A stretch of DNA of 64,000 bases from an uncultured Arthrobacter sp. (GCF_947495145.1 NZ_CANLXP010000001.1:48172-112171), one strand, 5' to 3'. Numbered from the stretch's first letter, positions 8,846-20,282 are shown. Translations and numbers: made by a program. Notes: generated from the sequence alone by a model not told the origin.

Positions 8846-9945
8846 TTTCGCTGCTGATTGCCTCAGCTTCCGCCCTCCTCCTCGCCCTGGTCGGAACCCC
8901 GCTGTTCATCAGGCTCCTGGTACGCAAGAGTTACGGCCAGTTCATCCGTGATGACGGACCCACAGCACATCACACCAAACGCGGAACACCCACCATGGGC
9001 GGCGCCGTCATTGTCGGCTCGGTCGTCCTGGCTTACTTCGCCACGCACGTGATCATGATGGCCGCGGGAGCGTCGGACGGACCGACGGTCTCCGGTCTCC
9101 TTCTGCTCTTGGTCACCGTCGGCATGGGCGTGGTGGGATTCTTCGACGATTACATCAAGATATCCAAGCAGCGCAGCCTCGGCCTCAGCGCACCGGCGAA
9201 GATCATCGGGCAGACGGTGGTGGGTATCCTGTTCGCCGTCCTTGCCCTGAACTTCCCCGACGAAAACGGCCGTACCCCTGCATCGACCGCCATTTCGTTT
9301 GTCCGGGACACCGCATTCGACCTGGCATTCGCCGGATCGATTCTCGGCGCCATCCTCTTCGTGCTGTGGTCCAATCTGATAATCACGGCTGCCACCAACG
9401 GCGTGAACCTCGCCGACGGCCTCGACGGTTTGGCCACCGGGGCTTCCGTCTTCGTCTTTGGTGCCTACATGCTCATGGGCATCTGGCAGTTCAACCAGCG
9501 GTGCGCGTCACCCGACGTGCCGACCAATATCTGCTACGAGGTTCGCGATCCGCTGGATCTCGCGCTGATTGCCGGGGCCATGTGTGGTGCGCTGGTGGGG
9601 TTCCTCTGGTGGAACACCTCGCCGGCCAAGATCTTCATGGGCGACACCGGCTCGCTCGCGATCGGCGGAGCAATCGCCGGCTTCGCGATCCTGTCCCGTA
9701 CGCAGCTCCTTCTCGTCATCATGGCGGGCCTGTTCGTCATGATCACGCTTTCCGTGATCATCCAGGTGGGCTTCTTCAAACTGTCGGGCGGCAAACGAGT
9801 CTTCAAAATGGCCCCGCTGCAGCACCACTTCGAACTGAAGGGCTGGCAGGAGGTCACGGTGGTCGTGCGCTTCTGGATCCTCGCCGGCCTGTTCGTGGCC
9901 GTCGCGCTCGGGATCTTCTACGCTGAATGGGTTGTACTTCTGTGA
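8842..9945 (+). CDS. mraY: Phospho-N-acetylmuramoyl-pentapeptide transferase MraY
   Basis: GTGA overlap with the murF stop. Polytopic membrane protein with DDYIKISKQRSLGL, NGVNLADGLDGLA and MGDTGSLAIGG motifs. Confidence 0.95.
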   Translation: MISLLIASASALLLALVGTPLFIRLLVRKSYGQFIRDDGPTAHHTKRGTPTMGGAVIVGSVVLAYFATHVIMMAAGASDGPTVSGLLLLLVTVGMGVVGFFDDYIKISKQRSLGLSAPAKIIGQTVVGILFAVLALNFPDENGRTPASTAISFVRDTAFDLAFAGSILGAILFVLWSNLIITAATNGVNLADGLDGLATGASVFVFGAYMLMGIWQFNQRCASPDVPTNICYEVRDPLDLALIAGAMCGALVGFLWWNTSPAKIFMGDTGSLAIGGAIAGFAILSRTQLLLVIMAGLFVMITLSVIIQVGFFKLSGGKRVFKMAPLQHHFELKGWQEVTVVVRFWILAGLFVAVALGIFYAEWVVLL

Positions 9946-11516
9946 GCAATGCCGGTGACCAGAGCCAATTGAATATCTCTGACCGTTTGGGAAACCTGAC
10001 TACCTGGGACTCCGACTGGTCTGGACTGCGCGTGGTGGTGACAGGGATCGGCCTGTCAGGGTTTTCCGCCGCTGACACCCTGATCGAACTCGGCGCACGC
10101 GTCGTAGTGTGTGATGCCACCGATTCGGAGGAAAACAGGGCAAAGGCCGACACCCTCCGGATCGTCGGGGCGGTGGATGTTCTGCTCGGCGCCGATGCGG
10201 CGGCCGCACTCCCATCGATCGAGGGGGAGGCACCCGAGCTGGTTGTGACTTCTCCCGGCTGGCGCCCCGACCAGCCGCTGCTGGCAGCCGCCGCCAGCGC
10301 CGGCATCCCGGTCTGGGGCGATGTCGAGCTCGCATGGCGGGTACGTGTCCGCCAGGGCAGACCGACTGCGGAGTGGTTGACCATTACCGGAACCAACGGC
10401 AAAACCACCACCGTCACCCTTGCCGAATCGATGCTGCGCGCGGCCGGCCTTCGCGCCATCGCGGCGGGAAATGTAGGAACTCCGCTGCTTGACGCTATTC
10501 GTGATCCGCAGGGTTACGACGTCATCGCCGTCGAGCTTTCAAGTTTCCAGCTTCACTGGAGCTTCAGCCTTGCCCCGCTCGCCAGCGTTTGCCTCAATCT
10601 TGCCGAAGACCATGTGGATTGGCACGGCGGTTTCGAGGGCTACCGCGCCGACAAGGCGAAAATCTACGAGAACACGCGTCTTGCCTGCGTCTACAACGCG
10701 GAAGATGGCGCTACGGAGCGGATGGTGGAGGAAGCCGACGTCCAGGAAGGCTGCCGAGCCATCGGCTTCACCACCGACACCCCTGCCGTCAGCATGCTCG
10801 GCGTCGTCGACGGGCTGCTGGTGGACCGGGCCTACATCGAACAGCGCAAGGATTCAGCCGCCGAGCTCGCCTCAGTGACGGATCTTGGCGAGGTTGTTCC
10901 CCGTCACCTCGTGGCGAATGCCCTTGCAGCGGCCGCGCTGGCCCGGGCCGCAGGCGTTCCAGCGGCTGCAGTGCGGGACGGACTGCTCAATTACGAACCT
11001 TCCGGGCATCGCATCGAGCTGGTTGCCGCCAGGGACGGCGTTCTCTGGATCAACGATTCCAAAGCGACCAACCCGCATGCCGCGCACGCCGCCCTGTCTT
11101 CGTTCTCCAGCGTCGTCTGGATCGCGGGTGGGCTCTCCAAGGGGGTGGACTACAACCTCCTCGTCCGGGACAACGCGGCCCGCTTCAAGGCAGCCGTCCT
11201 TATCGGACGCGACAGCTCTGATCTCGCTTCCGCCCTACGCCGACACGCGCCGGATGTTCCGGTGATCGACCTCGCCGCGGGTCACACTGGTAAGGACGAG
11301 TTGCCGTCCCAGCACTCGAGTTCAGACGGCGTCCAGGCCATGCGCGCGGCAGTAACCGAAGCGCTGCGGATCGCCGCGGACGGCGACACTGTTCTCATGG
11401 CGCCGGCAGCAGCGTCGATGGACCAGTTTCCTTCCTACGCTCACCGCGGCGCCGCTTTCATCGAGGCGGTCCGCGGGATTGTGGAGGGGCAGGGATTCAC
11501 CGCTAAGGAGTTGTAA
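9942..11516 (+). CDS. murD: UDP-N-acetylmuramoylalanine--D-glutamate ligase MurD
   Basis: P-loop ITGTNGKTTTV and DSKATNPHAA motif. GTG 9942 forms a GTGA overlap with the mraY stop. An in-frame alternative start exists at 9927. Confidence 0.92.
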   Translation: MSNAGDQSQLNISDRLGNLTTWDSDWSGLRVVVTGIGLSGFSAADTLIELGARVVVCDATDSEENRAKADTLRIVGAVDVLLGADAAAALPSIEGEAPELVVTSPGWRPDQPLLAAAASAGIPVWGDVELAWRVRVRQGRPTAEWLTITGTNGKTTTVTLAESMLRAAGLRAIAAGNVGTPLLDAIRDPQGYDVIAVELSSFQLHWSFSLAPLASVCLNLAEDHVDWHGGFEGYRADKAKIYENTRLACVYNAEDGATERMVEEADVQEGCRAIGFTTDTPAVSMLGVVDGLLVDRAYIEQRKDSAAELASVTDLGEVVPRHLVANALAAAALARAAGVPAAAVRDGLLNYEPSGHRIELVAARDGVLWINDSKATNPHAAHAALSSFSSVVWIAGGLSKGVDYNLLVRDNAARFKAAVLIGRDSSDLASALRRHAPDVPVIDLAAGHTGKDELPSQHSSSDGVQAMRAAVTEALRIAADGDTVLMAPAAASMDQFPSYAHRGAAFIEAVRGIVEGQGFTAKEL

Positions 11517-12887
11517 ATGGTCAGCACGCCCACCCGGCCAACACGCCGGAAGCCGGCGGTGCGGCAGCACTCCAGCGGTGGTAACAGCACCCCGGTGCAT
11601 TCGCGCACCGAACCTCCGGCTACCGCAGCGGCAGCGCGCACCGAGCGCAAGGGGGTCCTGGGAGCCTTCGGACGCATGTGGCGCTTCCTTGAGGGTTCCG
11701 ACCGGCAGACCAGCGGTTCAAGCTACTACATGATTCTCGGCGCCACGCTCGCTCTGACGGCCATCGGGCTCATGATGGTGCTGTCGGCGTCGTCCGTTGA
11801 GTCGATTGCCAACGCAGCTTCCACGGTTGAGCCTACAGACGAGGGCGCAATCGTCTTCGACTTCTTTTTCAAGCAGAGCATGTACGCGGTGCTCGGAGTC
11901 GTGCTGATGCTTGTCCTGTCGAGATTCGGGCCGAGGGTCTTCAAGTTCCTCGCCTGGCCTGGTCTCGGGGTGGCCATTGTCCTGCTGGTCCTGGTGCTGC
12001 TGATCGGTGAAAACATCAACGGCAACCAGAACTGGATCCGGATCGGCAACCAGTCGCTCCAACCGTCCGAACCTGCGAAGCTTGCACTTGCCCTGTGGTG
12101 CGCTACGGTTCTGGAGCGCAAACGCGGCCTGATCCGGGACTGGAAGCACGCGCTTGTACCGGTGGCGCCGCTCGGTGGAATCATCCTCCTGCTCGTGATG
12201 CTGGGCGGTGACCTGGGAACAGCGATAATCCTCGGCATGATCATCGCGGCCGCACTGTTCTTTGCCGGCGCGCCGATCAAAATGTTCACCGTGGTAGGCC
12301 TCCTCGGGATCGCCGGCGCTTTCGGCGCCATCCTGCTGAACAGCACCCGGAGTACCCGCATCCAGGCCTGGCTGCGGTTGAACTGTGACAGCGCGACAGA
12401 CCCGTGCTTCCAGACCAACCAGGGTCTTTTCGCCTTGGCCTCAGGCGGCTGGTGGGGAGTTGGAATCGGACAGAGCCGGCAGAAATGGAACTGGATCCCC
12501 GAAGCGCACAACGACTTCATCTTCGCCATCATCGGTGAGGAGTTCGGCTTGATCGGCACGCTGGTGGTCGTCACGCTGTTCGGTATCCTGGCCGTGGCCA
12601 CCCTGCGCGTGGCCCGCCGTTACACCGACCCCTTCGTTCGCATCCTCATGGGTTCCATCCTCGTGTGGCTGATCGGCCAGGCGTTCGTGAACATCGGCAT
12701 GGTGACCGGGGTGCTGCCGGTCATCGGTGTGCCGCTGCCGTTCATTTCCTACGGCGGCTCGGCACTGACGTTCACGCTCGCCGCAGTGGGAGTGCTCCTT
12801 GCCTTTGCCCGACGCATGCCGCCCGCCGTGCCGGGTACCGCCGGATCGGCACCCAGTCCCGGGACGGACTCCGTGAAGACCAAATGA
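11517..12887 (+). CDS. ftsW: SEDS-family peptidoglycan glycosyltransferase FtsW
   Basis: The start follows the murD TAA directly. About 10 TM helices, with [17 protein letters not shown] and [11 protein letters not shown] motifs. The N-terminal extension is basic and Pro/Thr-rich. Confidence 0.93.
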   Translation: MVSTPTRPTRRKPAVRQHSSGGNSTPVHSRTEPPATAAAARTERKGVLGAFGRMWRFLEGSDRQTSGSSYYMILGATLALTAIGLMMVLSASSVESIANAASTVEPTDEGAIVFDFFFKQSMYAVLGVVLMLVLSRFGPRVFKFLAWPGLGVAIVLLVLVLLIGENINGNQNWIRIGNQSLQPSEPAKLALALWCATVLERKRGLIRDWKHALVPVAPLGGIILLLVMLGGDLGTAIILGMIIAAALFFAGAPIKMFTVVGLLGIAGAFGAILLNSTRSTRIQAWLRLNCDSATDPCFQTNQGLFALASGGWWGVGIGQSRQKWNWIPEAHNDFIFAIIGEEFGLIGTLVVVTLFGILAVATLRVARRYTDPFVRILMGSILVWLIGQAFVNIGMVTGVLPVIGVPLPFISYGGSALTFTLAAVGVLLAFARRMPPAVPGTAGSAPSPGTDSVKTK

Positions 12888-14020
12888 AAGACCAAGAGAA
12901 TACAGTGACAAAATCCGCTGCCCTGTCGTTTGTCCTTGCCGGCGGAGGAACTGCCGGGCATATCAGCCCACTGCTCGCCATTGCGCGTGCGCTGGTCGAA
13001 GCGAACCCCGCCGCCCGTGTAATCGCCGTCGGAACACCAGCGGGGATGGAGACGCGGCTGGTACCTGCGGCAGGATTCCGGCTGGAAACCATCGAGCGGG
13101 TTCCGATGCCGCGCCGACTGTCCGTCGATCTGATCAAACTGCCCGTACGTCTCGTTCGGGCGGTGCGGCAGGCACTGAAGATCATCGACTCGGCGGGCGC
13201 CGACGTCGTCGTCGGGGTTGGCGGCTATGTGTCCACGCCGCTTTATCTTGCGGCCTGGATTCGCCGCCTTCCCGTGGTCATCCACGAAGCTAATGCCCGC
13301 CCCGGACTGGCCAACCGGTTGGGAGCCCGCATCGCAAAGACCGTCGCGGTGGCCTTCCGTGATACCGGTCTGCCCGAGGAGCAGTGGGTAGGCATGCCCA
13401 TGCGCCGCGAAATCTCGACGCTGGACCGGTCGGCCGCGCGCCATCAAGCACGCGTCGACCTGGGCCTGGATCCAGACCTCCCCACGCTCATCGTCACCGG
13501 CGGATCCTCCGGTGCAGCGAGCATCAACCGGGCGGTGGCCGCCGCGGCGCCCAAAATCCCCGCCGACGGTACCGGGGTCCAGGTACTCCATATCACCGGC
13601 CGTGGAAAGCAAGTTGCAGGGCCCGACGGCGCCCTGCTCGCCACGGACGGCTACCGCCAGGTCGAGTACGTGGACGGCATGGAGAAGGTGTACGCCGCGG
13701 CGGATTTGTTGCTCGCCCGCGCGGGCGCCGCAACTGTCTGTGAAGTCGCGGCAGTCGGGCTGCCCACTGTGTTCGTGCCCCTGCCGCACGGAAACGGTGA
13801 GCAGCGTCGGAATGCTTCGGAGCTGGTGGACGCCGGCGCCGGCCTCATGGTCGAGGATGCGCAGCTGACCGGTGACTGGCTGTTAACCGAGGCACTCCTA
13901 CTCGTGCAGGACGCCGGACGGCTGGAACGGATGTCGCTGGCCGCGGCGCCGCTCGGCGTACGCGACGCGGACGTCCGCATGGCGGAGCTCATCATCGACG
14001 CCGCGGGAGGCCGCTCATGA
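12884..14020 (+). CDS. murG: Lipid II-forming UDP-GlcNAc transferase MurG
   Basis: ATG 12884 forms an ATGA overlap with the ftsW stop. [15 protein letters not shown] motif. The ORF-track start at 12665 lies inside ftsW. Confidence 0.93.
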   Translation: MKDQENTVTKSAALSFVLAGGGTAGHISPLLAIARALVEANPAARVIAVGTPAGMETRLVPAAGFRLETIERVPMPRRLSVDLIKLPVRLVRAVRQALKIIDSAGADVVVGVGGYVSTPLYLAAWIRRLPVVIHEANARPGLANRLGARIAKTVAVAFRDTGLPEEQWVGMPMRREISTLDRSAARHQARVDLGLDPDLPTLIVTGGSSGAASINRAVAAAAPKIPADGTGVQVLHITGRGKQVAGPDGALLATDGYRQVEYVDGMEKVYAAADLLLARAGAATVCEVAAVGLPTVFVPLPHGNGEQRRNASELVDAGAGLMVEDAQLTGDWLLTEALLLVQDAGRLERMSLAAAPLGVRDADVRMAELIIDAAGGRS

Positions 14021-15420
14021 GTACGGTTATCCGGGATCTGGGCCGTGTCCACTTCATCGGTCTCGGCGGAGCGGGCATGTCCGCTGTGGCGCGTGTCCTG
14101 CTTGGCCGCTCAGTAGCCGTCTCCGGATCGGATGCGGCCGACTCGCGTGGCCTGCAGGCTCTTGCAGCCCTCGGAGCGCGGGTGCATGTCGGCCACGAGA
14201 AAGCGAACGTGGGCGCCGCAGATACCGTGGTGGTATCCAGCGCAATCCGGGATACCAACCCCGAGCTCGTCGAGGCAAAGGCGCGCGGGCTGCGCATCCT
14301 GCATCGTTCGGAGGCGCTTGCCGCCGCGATGGACGGGCGGGAGGTGGTTGCTGTTGCCGGCACCCATGGCAAGACCACGACGACGGCGATGATCACCGTC
14401 ATGCTGCAGGCCGCCGGAACTCGTCCGTCGTTCGCGATCGGCGGGGACGTTGCCGCGCTCGGGGTCAATGCCGAATGGGCGGACGGGGACGTTTTCGTTG
14501 CGGAGGCGGACGAGTCCGACGGTTCATTCCTCAATTACCGTCCCCGCATCGGCGTTGTCACCAATGTTGAAGCGGACCATTTGGACCATTACGGATCGGC
14601 CGAGGCGGTGTACGAGTCCTTCGACCGGTTCGCTCAGCTGTTGCCCGCCGACGACGGGGTGCTGGTCGCGTGCCATGACGACGACGGTGCTGCCGCCCTG
14701 GCGGCGCGAACCACCGGCGCACGGCGTGTGCGGACCTACGGTTACACCCCGGGTGCGGACGTTCGGATCAGCAACACGCGCGCCCTCGGCAGCACGTCGA
14801 ACAGCCTGCTCTCTTTCACTGTTGACGGCCTCGACAGTCAGCAGGAACTCCAGTTGGCGGTTCCTGGCCGCCACAATGTCCTGAACGCCGCCGCTGCATT
14901 CGCCGTGGGACTTGAACTCGGCGTGGACCCTGCTGCAGCCGCGGCGGGCCTGGCTTCCTTCTCCGGTGCCGCACGGCGTTTCGAGACCAAGGGCGAGGCC
15001 GGCGGCGTGCGCGTGTTCGATGATTATGCCCACCACCCCACTGAGGTTGCGGCGGCGCTCAGCGCCGCCCGGACGGTTGCGGGTGAGCATCGGGTCCACG
15101 TCCTGTTCCAGCCGCACCTGTTCTCACGCACGCAGGAGTTCGCTGAGCAGTTCGCTGTCGCACTTTCGCTCGCAGACACGGTGAGGATACTCGACATCTA
15201 TGCCGCCCGGGAGGACCCGGTGGAGGGGGTGACCAGCCGGCTCATCAGCGAGCGGCTCACCGTTCCCGGCGGGTACGCCCCTGACGCGGATGCTGCGCTG
15301 CAGGAGATCGCCCGTGGCGCCGATACCGGCGACATCATCCTTACCATTGGTGCGGGGGACGTCACCCGCTTCGGTCCGCTGATCGTCGACCTCCTTGCTG
15401 GGAAGGGGAGTGTGCAGTGA
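14017..15420 (+). CDS. murC: UDP-N-acetylmuramate--L-alanine ligase MurC
   Basis: ATGA overlap with the murG stop. Contains [14 protein letters not shown] and the P-loop [13 protein letters not shown]. Confidence 0.95.
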   Translation: MSTVIRDLGRVHFIGLGGAGMSAVARVLLGRSVAVSGSDAADSRGLQALAALGARVHVGHEKANVGAADTVVVSSAIRDTNPELVEAKARGLRILHRSEALAAAMDGREVVAVAGTHGKTTTTAMITVMLQAAGTRPSFAIGGDVAALGVNAEWADGDVFVAEADESDGSFLNYRPRIGVVTNVEADHLDHYGSAEAVYESFDRFAQLLPADDGVLVACHDDDGAAALAARTTGARRVRTYGYTPGADVRISNTRALGSTSNSLLSFTVDGLDSQQELQLAVPGRHNVLNAAAAFAVGLELGVDPAAAAAGLASFSGAARRFETKGEAGGVRVFDDYAHHPTEVAAALSAARTVAGEHRVHVLFQPHLFSRTQEFAEQFAVALSLADTVRILDIYAAREDPVEGVTSRLISERLTVPGGYAPDADAALQEIARGADTGDIILTIGAGDVTRFGPLIVDLLAGKGSVQ

Positions 15421-16319
15421 CAACCCGTCCGCCGCGCAGACCAGGCAAGCCGGCGAAACAGGGTGGCACCGCGCACGGCAGCGAAACCATCACGGCCGAA
15501 AAGCAGGTATACCCCCGGCAGCCCCGGACTCCGGGGCCGGAGCGCGTCTCGGCGTCCAGGGAAGCTCCGGTTGCGCTGCTGGACCGCGAGGATGAAAGCG
15601 CCACGGTCATTGCCTTCCCGGAGCCAAGAGGCCGGCGGCGCAGGAGGTGGTGGCTTGCTGCTGCCATCTCAGCCGTGCTGTTGGTTGCAGGCGTGATTGC
15701 CTACCTGGTCTTTTCGCCCGCGCTGGCTGTGCGCACTCTCGATATACAGGGGAACCGGCTGGTACCGGAAGACCAGATCACTGCGGCGTTGGAACCTCTT
15801 ATGGGCAGGTCGCTTACCCGCATAGGCGACGACGACGTCCGCGCCCTGCTCGATGCCTTCCCACCCATCGAGGATGTGTCAGTGGCAGCGGCGCCGCCGT
15901 CGACCCTCAGCGTCACCGTTATGGAGCGCACTCCTGTCGCGATCCTGGAGAGCGGCGAAAGTTTCACATTGATCGACTCCGAAGGCCGGCAACTCACCAC
16001 CGTTGCGGATCGGGAATCCGTTGCGCTACCGCTGATTGACGGGGGTACAAACGCAGTCAACAGTTCGGTGTTCTCCTCGATTGCGGATGTACTCGCAGCT
16101 CTACCGGAAGATATTCGGAAGCGACTCGTGCATGCGTCGGCTGATTCGATTGACTCGGTCGAGCTGAAGCTGACCGATGGCAAGACCATCTTCTGGGGGA
16201 GTGCAGAGGAGAACGCGGCGAAGGCTCAGGTCATCGCCGCCCTGCTGGCTCAACCGGAGCAGGAGCCGCCTGTGAATGTCTACGACGTGAGTACACCCTC
16301 GAGGCCCGTAACCCGATGA
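15417..16319 (+). CDS. ftsQ: Cell-division protein FtsQ (POTRA domain)
   Basis: GTGA overlap with the murC stop. Basic N-terminal tail, a TM helix (WWLAAAISAVLLVAGVIAYLVF), then a POTRA/FtsQ-like domain. It lies immediately upstream of ftsZ. Confidence 0.85.
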   Translation: MTTRPPRRPGKPAKQGGTAHGSETITAEKQVYPRQPRTPGPERVSASREAPVALLDREDESATVIAFPEPRGRRRRRWWLAAAISAVLLVAGVIAYLVFSPALAVRTLDIQGNRLVPEDQITAALEPLMGRSLTRIGDDDVRALLDAFPPIEDVSVAAAPPSTLSVTVMERTPVAILESGESFTLIDSEGRQLTTVADRESVALPLIDGGTNAVNSSVFSSIADVLAALPEDIRKRLVHASADSIDSVELKLTDGKTIFWGSAEENAAKAQVIAALLAQPEQEPPVNVYDVSTPSRPVTR

Positions 16320-16499
16320 CTTTTCCGACACGCTGGACAGGTCATTGCATGCGGGCGACCGGACACCTAGCGTCTCAGTAAGAAACTACTTGACATAACA
16401 TTAACCCTCAACCTGAGAGTGAACGTTATCCAAGTTGAAGGTTGGAATCACCAGCCACCAAGACCAACCAGCGCACAGATCGAACAAGGGACACAGGAC

Positions 16500-17699
16500 G
16501 TGGCAGCACCGCAGAATTACTTGGCCGTCATCAAGGTCGTCGGCATCGGCGGCGGTGGCGTGAACGCCGTCAACCGAATGATTGAAGTTGGCCTGCGCGG
16601 CGTGGAATTTATCGCCATCAACACGGACGCACAGGCACTGCTCATGAGCGATGCCGATGTGAAGCTCGACGTCGGTCGCGAACTGACGCGCGGACTGGGC
16701 GCCGGAGCCGATCCGGAAGTTGGCCGCAAGGCTGCAGAAGACCATGCCGAGGAGATTGAGGAAGTCATCCGCGGGGCAGACATGGTGTTCGTGACTGCCG
16801 GTGAAGGCGGCGGTACGGGCACCGGTGGTGCACCCGTCGTCGCGCGAATCGCGCGCTCGCTTGGTGCGCTGACCATCGGTGTGGTGACACGACCGTTCAC
16901 GTTCGAGGGCCGCCGTCGTTCCAATCAGGCGGAAACCGGTATCGACACTCTTCGCGACGAAGTCGACACCCTTATCGTCATCCCCAATGACCGCCTGCTG
17001 TCCATCAGCGACCGCAACGTCTCCATGCTCGACGCATTCCGCTCAGCTGATCAGGTGCTGCTCTCCGGTGTACAGGGCATCACAGACCTCATCACCACCC
17101 CGGGCCTGATCAACCTTGACTTCGCGGACGTGAAATCGGTCATGCAGGGCGCGGGTTCGGCTCTCATGGGTATCGGCTCCGCCCGCGGCGAGGACCGCGC
17201 GGTCAAAGCTGCGGAACTGGCGATCGCCTCTCCACTCCTGGAGGCTTCCATCGACGGCGCCCACGGCGTCCTGCTGTCGATTCAGGGCGGTTCCGATCTC
17301 GGCCTGTTCGAGATCAACGAGGCCGCCCGCCTTGTGCAGGAAGTCGCGCACCCGGAAGCAAACATCATCTTCGGTGCAGTGATCGACGACGCACTGGGCG
17401 ACGAAGCACGGGTTACCGTCATTGCCGCAGGCTTCGACCAGGTCGACGCGACCTCCCAGCCTGCCGCGCCTGCGGCCAAGCCGGCGTCGGCTCCCGCTAT
17501 CGGACGCGAGGCGGCGCCTGCTCCGCAGACCGTTGCCGCAGGGGCCGGCTACGGTTCCTGGTCCCACCACTCGTCCAACGGACGCGGGAATGACGTGCCG
17601 GGCGATGCGGGGTTTGACGTCGACCTGCCGGCCGTCGTGGAACCCGACTACTCGACCGGACGCTCCGATGACCTGGACGTTCCCGACTTCCTGAAGTAA
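16500..17699 (+). CDS. ftsZ: Cell-division GTPase FtsZ
   Basis: Contains [13 protein letters not shown], the tubulin signature [13 protein letters not shown] and the C-terminal peptide [13 protein letters not shown] 16500 gives the usual (M)[15 protein letters not shown]-terminus. The ORF-track start at 16419 is an upstream in-frame GTG. Confidence 0.95.
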   Translation: MAAPQNYLAVIKVVGIGGGGVNAVNRMIEVGLRGVEFIAINTDAQALLMSDADVKLDVGRELTRGLGAGADPEVGRKAAEDHAEEIEEVIRGADMVFVTAGEGGGTGTGGAPVVARIARSLGALTIGVVTRPFTFEGRRRSNQAETGIDTLRDEVDTLIVIPNDRLLSISDRNVSMLDAFRSADQVLLSGVQGITDLITTPGLINLDFADVKSVMQGAGSALMGIGSARGEDRAVKAAELAIASPLLEASIDGAHGVLLSIQGGSDLGLFEINEAARLVQEVAHPEANIIFGAVIDDALGDEARVTVIAAGFDQVDATSQPAAPAAKPASAPAIGREAAPAPQTVAAGAGYGSWSHHSSNGRGNDVPGDAGFDVDLPAVVEPDYSTGRSDDLDVPDFLK

Positions 17700-17702
17700 C
17701 CG

Positions 17703-18419
17703 TTGTTTTTCTGGACATCAGACGTAGCGCCCGGCATCCGGATCGCCTTCACCGATCTGAGTGCGGGGAACCTGGCTCCCCGGGTCGGAGGTAATCCGGA
17801 TGCCGTCGTTCGGTCCAGACGAACACTGGAGGCTCAACTGGGGATTCCCACGGGTTCCCTCCGGTTCATGAACCAGACGCACTCAACTACTGTTGTGGAG
17901 GCGGGACCGGACGCCGTGCCGGACGCTGACGCCCTGTTGAGCCCGACGGGAACCGATGCCCTGGCCGTACTGGTTGCGGACTGCGTGCCCGTGGTGCTCG
18001 TTGGATCCACTGCACGCGGCGACCATGTCACCGCCGTCGTTCATGCCGGCCGCAAAGGGGTTGAAGGCGACATCGCGGGTCGGACAGTTGAAGAGCTGCG
18101 TCAGCGCGGCGCCCTGACCACTTCTGCCTGGATAGGCCCGTCGATCTGCGGCCGCTGCTATGAGGTGCCCGAGGACATGCGCGAGCAGGTCGCGGGCGTT
18201 GTTCCCTCGGCCCTGAGCACCACGAGCTGGGGGACGCCTGCACTCGACCTGCCAGCCGGTGTCCGCAGTCAGCTCGAAGCGGCCGGGGTCTCCGTGCACA
18301 ATGCCGGCGGCAGCAAGAATCCATGCACCCTCGAGAACGATGGGCTGTTTTCCCATCGCGCCGTCGGGAAGGGACGTCCGGAGGGGCGGCTGGCAGGACT
18401 GGTCTGGCGGCATGGCTGA
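17703..18419 (+). CDS. pgeF: Peptidoglycan editing factor PgeF / YfiH laccase-domain protein
   Basis: Family motifs MNQTHSTTVV, LVADCVPVVL and AVVHAGRKG. It holds the conserved position after ftsZ. TTG start. Confidence 0.85.
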   Translation: MFFWTSDVAPGIRIAFTDLSAGNLAPRVGGNPDAVVRSRRTLEAQLGIPTGSLRFMNQTHSTTVVEAGPDAVPDADALLSPTGTDALAVLVADCVPVVLVGSTARGDHVTAVVHAGRKGVEGDIAGRTVEELRQRGALTTSAWIGPSICGRCYEVPEDMREQVAGVVPSALSTTSWGTPALDLPAGVRSQLEAAGVSVHNAGGSKNPCTLENDGLFSHRAVGKGRPEGRLAGLVWRHG

Positions 18420-19155
18420 ACCGGGCAGGCTCGGTGTACTCGAGGCCAATCTGCGGCAGGTCAACAACCGGATTGATGAGGCGATGGCGGCTTGCGGCCG
18501 CCGGGACCGGCCGACGCTCATTGTGGTGACGAAGTTCTTTCCACCTGAGGACGTGATGCTGTTGAGTCGGCTCGGGATACGGGACGTGGGGGAGAATCGG
18601 GACCAGGAGGCGGCCGCCAAAGCGGAAGCAGTGTCCAGCGCGGAGCTGCGCTGGCACTTCATCGGCCAGCTGCAGACAAACAAGGCCCGGTCAGTCGTGG
18701 GTTACGCACACGCTGTGCACTCCGTTGACCGTACTTCTCTGGTTAGCGCACTTGAGAAGGCAATGCGGCGGGCGAACCGGCCCCCTGCAATCGAATCAGT
18801 TGGCACAGTCGCGCGTTCTGCTGTTTTGGACTGCTTCGTCCAAGTGAACCTGTCGGTGGAAGACCGCGGTCGTGGGGGAGCCCGTCCTTCCGATGTGCTC
18901 GAGGTTGCCGCAGCGATCCATGCTGCTGACGGCTTGCGGCTGGCCGGAGTGATGGCCGTAGCGCCACTCGATGAAGACCCCCGCGAAGCATTCAGCCGGC
19001 TGACTGACATCTCGACGGACGTCGTCGCACAATATCCCGATGCCCGCGGTATCTCCGCCGGCATGAGCGGGGATCTGGAACAGGCAATCGCAGCCGGAGC
19101 GACACACCTGCGCGTCGGTTCAGATATCCTCGGTGCCCGCCCTCCGGTGGGGTAG
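18412..19155 (+). CDS. yggS: YggS-family pyridoxal-phosphate homeostasis protein
   Basis: ATG 18412 overlaps the pgeF end by 8 nt. Contains LIVVTKFFP, VGENRDQE and HFIGQLQTNKA motifs. The ORF-track start at 18259 lies inside pgeF. Confidence 0.85.
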   Translation: MAEPGRLGVLEANLRQVNNRIDEAMAACGRRDRPTLIVVTKFFPPEDVMLLSRLGIRDVGENRDQEAAAKAEAVSSAELRWHFIGQLQTNKARSVVGYAHAVHSVDRTSLVSALEKAMRRANRPPAIESVGTVARSAVLDCFVQVNLSVEDRGRGGARPSDVLEVAAAIHAADGLRLAGVMAVAPLDEDPREAFSRLTDISTDVVAQYPDARGISAGMSGDLEQAIAAGATHLRVGSDILGARPPVG

Positions 19156-19265
19156 CGTCGGGGCTGTAACCGGGGGTGTCAAAGGGCGTCCTGGACCATC
19201 TTGAATGACATCTTGCATCGCAGCTTGTATGACAGGTGCATGACGAAGGAATGACAGGAGCTACC

Positions 19266-19781
19266 ATGGCTGGCGCACTGCGCAAGACAATGATCTACCT
19301 TGGGCTCGCCGACGGGGACGAGCACTATGAGCCCGAGCCCAAGACATCTCACAGCAGGAATGAGGACTACTCCGTGGACTACGACCGTGAAGAGCGCCAT
19401 GTCGAAGCCGCTCCGGTAGCAAAGGCAGCTCCGGAGGAGTACCGCGCCCCGGTCACCCCCATCAAGCGTGCGCAGTCGGCACGTGAGGACGCTTCATCGC
19501 TCCGCCAGATCACGACCGTACACCCGCGCTCCTACAATGACGCCAAGATCATCGGAGAAAGCTTCCGCGACGGCATACCAGTCATCATGAACGTCACGGA
19601 TATGGGTGAGGCAGACGCGAAGCGGCTCGTCGACTTTTCGGCCGGACTGGTCTTCGGTCTCCACGGCTCGATTGAACGAGTCACGAACAAGGTGTTCCTG
19701 CTCTCCCCCTCCTACATCGAGGTGCTTGGTGAGGACCAGAAGGCCAGCGATGGTCAGGCCAGTTTCTTCAATCAAAGCTGA
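19266..19781 (+). CDS. sepF: Cell-division protein SepF
   Basis: ATG 19266 is preceded by GACAGGAG. N-terminus [18 protein letters not shown]-terminal SepF domain ([26 protein letters not shown]...[13 protein letters not shown]). Confidence 0.9.
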   Translation: MAGALRKTMIYLGLADGDEHYEPEPKTSHSRNEDYSVDYDREERHVEAAPVAKAAPEEYRAPVTPIKRAQSAREDASSLRQITTVHPRSYNDAKIIGESFRDGIPVIMNVTDMGEADAKRLVDFSAGLVFGLHGSIERVTNKVFLLSPSYIEVLGEDQKASDGQASFFNQS

Positions 19782-19838
19782 CGCGGTTTACTGTTACTCG
19801 TAACTATTCCGTTCATGCCAGAGGACTGTGACTGACAC

Positions 19839-20132
19839 GTGAGCTTGGTCTTCGCCCTGATCTACCTGGTGCTGATGCTGTTCCAGCTCGCGCTTATCAT
19901 TCGCATTGTTTATGACGCTGTACAGATGTTCGCCCGCAGCTGGCGTCCGCGCAGGTTGGCGCTCATCCTCGCCTCCATGGTGTATGCCGTGACAGATCCG
20001 CCCATCCGTCTGTTTCGCCGACTGATCCCGCCGTTGCGATTGGGCGGCGTGTCGCTCGACCTGGCATTCATCGTGGTGTTCCTGGGGGCTACTATCCTCA
20101 AGGCCATCGCGGGTTCCCTGGCAATGGCCTGA
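19839..20132 (+). CDS. yggT: YggT-family membrane protein
   Basis: 97 aa with hydrophobic helices. It sits between sepF and divIVA, as in other Gram-positives. Confidence 0.8.
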   Translation: MSLVFALIYLVLMLFQLALIIRIVYDAVQMFARSWRPRRLALILASMVYAVTDPPIRLFRRLIPPLRLGGVSLDLAFIVVFLGATILKAIAGSLAMA

Positions 20133-20282
20133 TCGGGTTAGTTTTCGAGACCTAAAAGATATACGCTGAATCACATATTGGTGTGAAGCAGGAGATTACC
20201 TCCACTAGCACGTCCACAATTCGGTACCGTTGTCAGGTCTGCTCGACAGGCGGCTTCGACTAAATCCATATGAGGTGACCAG

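Noticed and set aside
16390-16395. Perfect TTGACA hexamer in the ftsQ-ftsZ spacer, considered as a ftsZ promoter -35 element.
   Set aside because: No convincing TAnnnT -10 hexamer lies 16-19 nt downstream, so I cannot support a promoter call from sequence alone.
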